Part shown: one piece after another, positions 7,354-14,042 of the stretch
Layout: the number at the start of each line of letters is the position of its first letter
Position numbering within the stretch: position 1 is the stretch's first letter
Translations under genes and position numbers: made by a program
Assembly: GCA_050261575.1 (NCBI GenBank)
Contig: JBLNDL010000092.1
Coordinates: 51,265-71,264, forward strand
Direction: 5' to 3'
DNA from: Sphingomonadaceae bacterium
GTDB taxonomy: Bacteria; Chloroflexota; UBA6077
Length of the DNA: 20,000 bases
Notes under the pieces: model-generated
What the model was told of the DNA's origin: nothing
Database searches by the model: none
Seen by the model: the letters and a program-made list of their open reading frames with translations, nothing else

Positions 7354-8640
7354 ATGAAAGCATCCTTCCTCCACCTGGGCGACGTCCACCTGGGCCACGA
7401 GCAGTACGGCCGGAAAGAGAGGGCCGACGACTTCGCCAGGGCCTTCTACTTCGCCGTGGACTACGCGGTCGAGCACAGGGTGGACTTCGTCGTCCTCGCC
7501 GGCGACCTGTTCGAGCGATCCACCCTGGACCCCGTCACCTTCGACCAGGCCCTCTACGGATTGGAGGACCTGCGGCGCGCCCGCATTCCGGTCGTCGACA
7601 TCGCAGGCAACCACGACCGGGCCCGCTACGGTCAGGGCAGGGCGTGGGTGGAGTCGCTGGGCCTCCACGGATTCCTGCACTACCTGGACGCGGTGGGGCC
7701 GGAGGGGCTGCAACTGAGACCCTGGTCGGCGGAGGAGGGCTCCGGTGGCTACCTGGACCTGAAGGGCATACGATTCGTCGGGATGCGCTACCTGGGAGCC
7801 TCGACGGCCAGGGCGGTGGAGGAGCTGGGCGCCCAGCTTCGGAAGCTGAGCCCCATCGGCCGGCCCTACACCGTGGCTCTCATCCATGCGGGGCTGGATG
7901 GGGTGGTGCCCAACTTCCGGGCAGAGCTTACCTACGAACAGTTGGCACCGCTGCGCGGCCTGGTGGACTACGTGGCCCTGGGGCACATACACCAGCACTA
8001 CAGTCGCGAGGGTTGGGTGTACAACCCCGGATCCCTCGAAACCTGGAGCGCTGGCGAGGTGGGGTGGGAGCGGGGCTTCCTCCACGTGGTCGTGGACGAC
8101 TCCGCCGACCCTAAGCACACCGCCCAACTGGTGGTGCCCCCGCGGCGGGCCTTCCTCCGCTACCGGCTGGAGGTGGAGCCCTGCACCAGCCCCGAGGCGC
8201 TGATGGCGCTGTTGCGGCGCCACCTGGAGAAATGGACCCGGGATGCCCGGGACGAGAGCCCCGTGGTCCACCTGACCCTCACTGGTCGCCTCCGCTTCGA
8301 ACGCCGCGACCTGGACCTGGGGGCGCTGGAGGCGGAGGTGACGTCCGCCCTCCGGCCGCTGGTGGTCCAGATCAGGGACCAGACCGACGAGACCGCCTTC
8401 CAGGTGCGCGCAGGCGAGGAAGATGGGATAGTGGATCGCTCCGCCCTGGAGCTGGAGGTGCTGCGGCAGCTTTTCGCCAACGACGAGCGGCGGGTGCATC
8501 GTGCCTCGGCGTGGGCGCGGCTGGCACAGAGCCTCAAACTGGGGGTGCTGTCCAAGGAGAGCCCGGAGCAACTGGCCGAGATGGTCCGCAAGGAGGCCGC
8601 CGAACTGACGGCCCCGCTTGCAGAGAGACAACCGCAGTAG
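7354..8640 (+). CDS. sbcD: Mre11/SbcD-family DNA repair nuclease (calcineurin-like metallophosphoesterase)
   Basis: All five phosphoesterase motifs are present: 'LHLGDVHLG', 'LAGDLFE', 'IAGNHD', 'IHAG', 'LGHIH', plus 'YNPGSLE'. ATG 7354 with GGAG SD; the longer upstream ORF extension overlaps pilD antisense. Confidence 0.94.
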   Translation: MKASFLHLGDVHLGHEQYGRKERADDFARAFYFAVDYAVEHRVDFVVLAGDLFERSTLDPVTFDQALYGLEDLRRARIPVVDIAGNHDRARYGQGRAWVESLGLHGFLHYLDAVGPEGLQLRPWSAEEGSGGYLDLKGIRFVGMRYLGASTARAVEELGAQLRKLSPIGRPYTVALIHAGLDGVVPNFRAELTYEQLAPLRGLVDYVALGHIHQHYSREGWVYNPGSLETWSAGEVGWERGFLHVVVDDSADPKHTAQLVVPPRRAFLRYRLEVEPCTSPEALMALLRRHLEKWTRDARDESPVVHLTLTGRLRFERRDLDLGALEAEVTSALRPLVVQIRDQTDETAFQVRAGEEDGIVDRSALELEVLRQLFANDERRVHRASAWARLAQSLKLGVLSKESPEQLAEMVRKEAAELTAPLAERQPQ

Positions 8641-8692
8641 ACCCGGTAGAGGCCACACCCGAGGGCGCGCTCGCGCCGCGCTGTGAAGGCAG

Positions 8693-8806
8693 ACAGGGCA
8701 GACCTGTGTGTCTGCCCATATAACGTCACCGACACCCTTACAGGGGCGCACCTGTGTGTGCGCCCTGGCCACCGGCATTCGGGCGGGCGAGTGGGTCTGC
8801 CCCCAC
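8693..8806. repeat. Cluster of three REP-like palindromes (REPIN/BIME-like) between mre11 and rad50
   Basis: GGGCAGAC-ctgtgt-GTCTGCCC (8696-8717), GGGCGCAC-ctgtgt-GTGCGCCC (8744-8765), and a degenerate inverted copy at 8781-8806 (minus strand GTGGGGGCAGACCC...). Confidence 0.8.
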
Positions 8807-8838
8807 GAGCCGCAGTCGAGGTCTAGTACGGCATACTG

Positions 8839-11800
8839 ATGCGCATAGCCCGACTCGTCCTCCACAACATCAAGAGCTACGCCGGCTCCACCACCATCGA
8901 GTTGAAGCCGGGCATCAATGCCGTGTGCGGCGCGAACGGCGCCGGCAAGAGCACCATCTTAGAGGCGCTGGGCTTCGCCCTCTTCGGCTACAAACCCTAC
9001 AAACTGGATGCCTTCCTCCGCGAGGGGGAGAAGAGCGGCAGCATCACCGTGACGGTCGAGGACGACCAGGGCTGCAGCTTCGACGTGGTGCGCAAGCTGG
9101 GATCGCCCGCCGGACAGGCCGTCTACGACGAGCTGAACCAGAAGGTGGCCGAGGGGGAGGCGGACGTCCGCAACTGGCTGCTCGACTTCTTCCACCTGGA
9201 GCCCGGCACCGACCTGGCCAAGCTGTTCGAGGACACGGTGGGGCCGCCCCAGGGCACCCTCACTGCCATCTTCCTGGAGAGCGCCGCCCTCCGCAGCAAG
9301 AAGTTCGATCGGCTGCTGCAGATCGAGGACTACGCCACCGCCGCCCAGGGGCTGCGGGCCGTGAGCAACCTCTTCCGGGACCAGGCGGTGGAGGCGGAGA
9401 AGAGGGCGGCGCTGCTGGAGGGGGACGTCCGCAGGCTGCCGGATACGGAGGAGCGGCATCGGGATGTGGCCCTGCGGAAGGCCGACCTAGCGGTGGCGGT
9501 AGCCCGTGCACAGCAGCGGCAGACGGAGCTGGCCGCCGCGTCGGAGCGGCTGGAGCAGGCCCGCCTGGCTGTGCAGCGCGCGGAGGCGGATCTGCGATTG
9601 GCCGGGAGCCGGACGGCGGAGGCGGAGCGCCGCCGGGAGGAGCTGGAAGCAGAGCTGCACCGCGCCGAGAAGGCCGTGCGGCTGCTGGAGGCGAGCCGGC
9701 CGGGCTACGAGGCATACCAGGAAGCCACCGATCGGCTGCGGAAGCTGAACGAGCGCCGCCAGGGGAGGGACCGCCTCCGACAGAGCGCCGAGATCGCGGG
9801 TCGGGCCGCCCTACGCTGGGAGCAGGAGCGACTTGCCGCCGAGAAGCGCCTAGCGGATCTGGACCGCGACGAGGCCCGCGCCGCCGAGCGGCAGCGCCTC
9901 CTTCCCGAGCAGGAGGCTCGAGAGGCGGCGGTGCGAGAGGCCGAGGATCGGGTGAGGTCCAGGCTGGAGGCGCAGCGCCGGCTGCCCGACGTCGAGGAGC
10001 GGCTGGCATCGGCGGAGAGCAGGCTCCAGGAGGCCAGGGAGCGGCTGGCGGAGGTGGAGGCGGCTAGGCCGGCGTCCGCGGGATTGGAGCAGTTGAGGGC
10101 ACGGGACCGTGGCCTGAGGGAGGATCTGGCTCGACTGGAGCAGCAGGGGTGGATCCTGAAGCAGGCCGCCGCCGACCTGGAGCAGGCGCTAGGCCGGCTG
10201 CTCCAGCTTCGCCGGGAGGCGGAACGGCTCGAGGGCGAGGCCGCGGCGCTGCGCCCGCTGGCGACGGTGGCCGCGCTAGCGTCGGATCGGCAAAGGGAGC
10301 GGGACGCGGCCCACGGCGACCTGGAGGCCCTTCGGGCCCGCCACCTGGAGGCCCAGCGATCCCGCAGCCAGGTGAAGGATGGACTGTGCCCCTTCCTCCA
10401 CGAGCCCTGCAAGAACCTGCGGCCCGGGGTGTCGCTGGATGGCCACTTCGATCGGGTGATCGCCGAGGTCGCCACGGCGCTGGAAGGGGCCCGGGCGAGG
10501 CTGGCCCGCTCGGAGGCGGATCTAGCCGAGGCACGCTCCGCGGAGCGCGAAGTCGCCCGTCTGCCCGATCTGGAGGCTCGGCTGGCTCGACTATCGGAGG
10601 AGCGTGCGGGACTGGAGCAAGAGATCGGGCGGCTGGAGGACGTGCTCCGAGAACTGGAGGGCGTCCCTCAACGGCGGGCCGAGCTGCTGGAGACCCTCCA
10701 GGCGCTGGAGCCGGAGTTGGCCCGCGCCGAGGCAGCGCGGCAACTGGTGAGCGGCGAGCCCGGCTGGCGGCGCCAGGCCGAGGAGGCCGCCGCGGATGTG
10801 GAGAGGGAGAGGCAGGCCCTGGCCGAGCTGCGGACGGCGTTGGAGAGGGATGCGGGAGCGACGGAGGCGCTGGCCGCGGCCCAGGCCCGCCTGAAGGAGC
10901 TGGGCGACCCCCGGGGAGAGGTCGCGGCGCTGCGACAGCGTATCGCCCGGGAGCGGCCAGAGGCCGAGCGGGCACTGGAGCGCGCAGGTCGGGAGTACGC
11001 CGCGGCCCGGACCGCCGAGGAGAAGATGCGGCTGGCGCTGGAGCCATTCGCCCGGCTGGAAGAGGAGATGGCCACTGCAACCCGGTTGCGGGACGAGAAC
11101 GAGGAGAGCTACCGCCGCTTCCTGGAGAACCAGGGGGAGGCGGGCCGGCTCGAGCAGCGCCGCCACGCCCACCAGCAGGCGGTGGAGGAGGCCGCGCGCG
11201 CGGCGGCGCTCGAGGAGGCCGCGCGCGCGGCGCTCGAGAAGCTGCGGGCCACCTACGACGAGGCGGAGCAGCAGCGACTGCGGCAGGAGATGGACGGAGT
11301 CACCGCCGAGATCGCGAGCGGCCAGAGGGAGCTGGAGCTGTGCACCCAGGAGGAGGAGCGACTCCTGCGGGAGCTGAGCGAGCTGCGGCAGAGGAAGTCG
11401 GAGATGAAGGCCGCCCAGGGGCAGGCCGCCGAGAGCCGCCAGTTGGTGGAGACGGTGGAGGCGGTGCGGCGGGCCCTGGACGCCGCCGGCCCCGAGATAG
11501 CCAGGGCGCTGCTGCGCCGCATCTCCGCCCGGGCCACCACCATCTACCGAGACCTGCTGGGGCAGCCGACAGTATCGCTGGAATGGGGACCCGACTACGA
11601 GATCCGCTGCCGCATCCGGTCCGAGGAGCGGGAGTTCAAGCAGCTATCGGGCGGGGAGCAGATGGCGGCGGCGCTCGCGGTGAGGCTCGCCTTGCTGCAG
11701 AGCCTCAGCAACCTGCGGCTGGCCTTCCTGGACGAGCCCACTGCCCACATGGATGCGGTGCGCCGGGCCAACCTGGCAGCGCAGATCCAGAACCTGCGCT

Positions 11801-11907
11801 CCTTCGACCAGCTCGTGGTGATCTCCCACGACGACTCCTTCGATACCCTCTTCAGCCACGTGGTGAGGCTCGCGAAGCAGGGTAGCGCGACCGTGGTGGA
11901 AGAATAG
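8839..11907 (+). CDS. sbcC: Rad50/SbcC SMC-family ATPase
   Basis: Walker A 'GANGAGKSTILEA', Q-loop 'PPQG', long heptad coiled coil, central Cys motif 'CPFLHEPC', signature 'LSGGEQ', Walker B/D-loop 'AFLDEPTAHMD', H-loop 'ISHD'. Confidence 0.95.
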   Translation: MRIARLVLHNIKSYAGSTTIELKPGINAVCGANGAGKSTILEALGFALFGYKPYKLDAFLREGEKSGSITVTVEDDQGCSFDVVRKLGSPAGQAVYDELNQKVAEGEADVRNWLLDFFHLEPGTDLAKLFEDTVGPPQGTLTAIFLESAALRSKKFDRLLQIEDYATAAQGLRAVSNLFRDQAVEAEKRAALLEGDVRRLPDTEERHRDVALRKADLAVAVARAQQRQTELAAASERLEQARLAVQRAEADLRLAGSRTAEAERRREELEAELHRAEKAVRLLEASRPGYEAYQEATDRLRKLNERRQGRDRLRQSAEIAGRAALRWEQERLAAEKRLADLDRDEARAAERQRLLPEQEAREAAVREAEDRVRSRLEAQRRLPDVEERLASAESRLQEARERLAEVEAARPASAGLEQLRARDRGLREDLARLEQQGWILKQAAADLEQALGRLLQLRREAERLEGEAAALRPLATVAALASDRQRERDAAHGDLEALRARHLEAQRSRSQVKDGLCPFLHEPCKNLRPGVSLDGHFDRVIAEVATALEGARARLARSEADLAEARSAEREVARLPDLEARLARLSEERAGLEQEIGRLEDVLRELEGVPQRRAELLETLQALEPELARAEAARQLVSGEPGWRRQAEEAAADVERERQALAELRTALERDAGATEALAAAQARLKELGDPRGEVAALRQRIARERPEAERALERAGREYAAARTAEEKMRLALEPFARLEEEMATATRLRDENEESYRRFLENQGEAGRLEQRRHAHQQAVEEAARAAALEEAARAALEKLRATYDEAEQQRLRQEMDGVTAEIASGQRELELCTQEEERLLRELSELRQRKSEMKAAQGQAAESRQLVETVEAVRRALDAAGPEIARALLRRISARATTIYRDLLGQPTVSLEWGPDYEIRCRIRSEEREFKQLSGGEQMAAALAVRLALLQSLSNLRLAFLDEPTAHMDAVRRANLAAQIQNLRSFDQLVVISHDDSFDTLFSHVVRLAKQGSATVVEE

Positions 11908-11939
11908 GGCGGAACGACGCACTTAGGAAACCCGGGCGA

Positions 11940-12017
11940 ATCCGCAGACGGCGCAGATCGACACAGATAGAGCCCGTCCGGGCAGGTATATGCGAGCATC
12001 TGCGTACATCTGCGGAT
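11940..12017. repeat. Inverted repeat of CGCAGAT/ATCTGCG units between rad50 and nurA
   Basis: atccgcagacggcgcagatcgacacagata ... tatatgcgagcatctgcgtacatctgcggat, with inner arms gcccg/cgggc. Confidence 0.75.
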
Positions 12018-12064
12018 CGGTCCCACCGCAGGGGGCCAGGCGTTACGCCAGGAGGCACACTTCC

Positions 12065-13258
12065 ATGCTCTACCCGGAAAAGGTGAAGCAGGCGCTGGAG
12101 GCTAGGCTCGCCGCCTTCCAGGATCTGGAGTCCCGCCACCATCGGGATATGGAGGGCTGCCTCCGCTCACTGGAACGGTTGGGAGGGATGAGCCGGGCCG
12201 AGATCGAGGCCCGGTTGGAGGGCAGGGGCGACCCCGGCGCCCTTCCGAGTGAGGAGCATGGGACGCCGCTGGTGATCCCCTTCGGCCAGCGATGGGCCAA
12301 CCACCAGGAGGCCAGGGCCTGGGCATTCCAGCGAATCCAGGGGATCACCACCCTCGCCGTGGACGGTAGCCAGATCCCACCCTCCAAGGACTACTCCTTC
12401 CGGCTGGCGGCGATCCAGGTGGCCTGGTTCGAGAATCCCCACTCCTGCGATGGCAAGGGTTACGTCAAGGACGCCTCCTTCGAGCTGCTGGCGCCTGCGG
12501 CGCAGCGAGAGCAGGGGGAGGAGGCCGTGGAGCCAGGCCAGGACGTCCAGCTTCGCCGCTTCGAGGCAGAAGTCTCCAAGATCGTGGAGCACATGCAGCG
12601 ATGGCACCGGCTCGACCCGCCCCCCGTGGCCTTCTTCGACGGCACCCTGGCCGTCTCCTTCGCCGCGTCGTTGCCAGAGAGGCTGAGGGTCCGCTACGTT
12701 GGGGCCATCCTGCGGCTGCTGCGGGAGTCCAGGGAGCATCGAGTGCCGCTGGTCGGCTTCGTGGACACCAGCCACTCCACGGACTTGTGCACCCTCCTTT
12801 CCCACATCGGCGGCGTGCCGAAGCCAGAGGGGATAACCGACGGGCTGCTGCTCCGCGGGCGGATGGAATGGGGAGACCGGACCCGGGCCTTCGTCTGCGG
12901 TCGCGACCAGATCCTCGGCTACTACAGGCAGCCGCCGGAGGCCGGCGGCGAGGACTACTCGCGGGAGGTGGCCTTCTTCTACCTCCAGACGACGGGGGAC
13001 GGACCGCCGGCCCGCGTGGACGTTCCACGTTGGGTGGTGCGGGAGGGGCTGGCGGACTACGTGGCCGACGCGGTGCGCTGCGAGGTGATCGCCGGCACCG
13101 GATATCCGTACTGCTTCGAGGCGGTGGATGCCGCGGCAGTGCTGAGCGTGCAGGATCGCGAGATGTTCTACGCGCAGGTGCAGAGCTTCTGCGAGCAGCA
13201 CGGGATGCGGCTTCGGATTGCGCCGAAGGCCGCCAGCAAGCGAAGGCGGCGGGTGTAG
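12065..13258 (+). CDS. nurA: NurA-family 5'-3' nuclease (RNase H-like fold)
   Basis: 'TLAVDGSQ', 'RRFEAE', 'AFFDGTL', 'VGFVDTS', 'GYPY..EAVDAAAVLS..DRE', basic C-terminus 'KAASKRRRR'. SD AGGAGG (12050-12055) precedes ATG 12065. Context between rad50 and herA supports the call. Confidence 0.88.
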   Translation: MLYPEKVKQALEARLAAFQDLESRHHRDMEGCLRSLERLGGMSRAEIEARLEGRGDPGALPSEEHGTPLVIPFGQRWANHQEARAWAFQRIQGITTLAVDGSQIPPSKDYSFRLAAIQVAWFENPHSCDGKGYVKDASFELLAPAAQREQGEEAVEPGQDVQLRRFEAEVSKIVEHMQRWHRLDPPPVAFFDGTLAVSFAASLPERLRVRYVGAILRLLRESREHRVPLVGFVDTSHSTDLCTLLSHIGGVPKPEGITDGLLLRGRMEWGDRTRAFVCGRDQILGYYRQPPEAGGEDYSREVAFFYLQTTGDGPPARVDVPRWVVREGLADYVADAVRCEVIAGTGYPYCFEAVDAAAVLSVQDREMFYAQVQSFCEQHGMRLRIAPKAASKRRRRV

Positions 13259-13324
13259 GGTCCTGACTGCTGAGGCCTGATGGCTTGGTGCGGGTATCAC
13301 CAACAGTGCCTGAGTTGGCCAAGC

Positions 13325-13440
13325 GGGGGAGTCCAGAGGGGCGTAGGCTCCTCTGGCCAGGTTCGGGGAGTCCCCGACATTCCGGTACTCCTCCCCCTCT
13401 CCACCTGCAGGTGGAGAGGGGGGCAGGGGGTGAGGGGGTG
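13325..13440. repeat. Array of palindromes including a perfect 30-bp palindrome (CCCCTCTCC...GGAGAGGGG family)
   Basis: ccagaggggc-gtag-gctcctctgg (13333-13356), tcgggga-g-tccccga (13363-13377), and ccccctctccacctgcaggtggagaggggg (13393-13422, loop-less perfect palindrome) followed by a gggggtgaggggg tail. Confidence 0.85.
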
Positions 13441-13445
13441 ACGAC

Positions 13446-14042
13446 ATGCTCCTGGGTAGAGTAGTCAAGTCGAACAGCCACGTGGACTACGTTGTCCAGA
13501 TCTTCGCGCGGGGGGAGGTGGAGGCACCGCCCGGGCCGGAGGACTACGCCTTCGGAAGCTTCGTCCGGGTCGCCGACGAGGGGAGCAGCTACCAGTTGAT
13601 CGGCGTCATCTACGACACCCTGCTGCTGAACCCAACCTACGGGACCCTCGGGCCGCGCCTCTCCACGGAGCCCGCCCTCAGCACCTTCTCGCCGGACTAC
13701 CTGCCCGAGACCTCGACGGTGGTCGGGGTGGCTGCCATAGGCTGGAAGCATGGCGAGGGATCCAACACCCGCTACTACCAAGGTGTTCCCCCCATCGCCT
13801 GCCGGATCGGGGCGGGGGCCTACCCCCTGGAGGAGGAGCAGTTCAGGGCATTCCATCAGTCGGAGGTCGGGCCGCGGGTGGCCTACCTGCCCAGGCTGGC
13901 CGCGATGCGCAACCCCGCCATGCCGGAGCTGCTGAACGGGCTGCTCACCCGGCTGATCGAGGCCTTCCCCGATAGCTCCGGCACCCTGGCCGTGCTGCGG
14001 TCGAACCTGGACTGGAACGCCCGGCTGGCGAGGAGGGAATGA
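13446..14042 (+). CDS. Stand-alone HAS-barrel-like protein (HerA/NurA-associated)
   Basis: N-terminal beta pattern 'LGRVVKSNSHVDYVVQI...YAFGSFVRV...LIGVIYD', then 'VVGVAAIGW...QGVPP...IGAGAY', echoes the HAS barrel at the N-terminus of HerA. It has no ATPase motifs. Its stop overlaps the herA start (ATGA 14039-14042). Confidence 0.7.
   Translation: MLLGRVVKSNSHVDYVVQIFARGEVEAPPGPEDYAFGSFVRVADEGSSYQLIGVIYDTLLLNPTYGTLGPRLSTEPALSTFSPDYLPETSTVVGVAAIGWKHGEGSNTRYYQGVPPIACRIGAGAYPLEEEQFRAFHQSEVGPRVAYLPRLAAMRNPAMPELLNGLLTRLIEAFPDSSGTLAVLRSNLDWNARLARRE

Noticed and set aside
8693..8806. Possible mini-CRISPR array
   Set aside because: Only two similar direct units plus one inverted unit, with non-identical repeats and no cas genes; fits REP-type palindromes.
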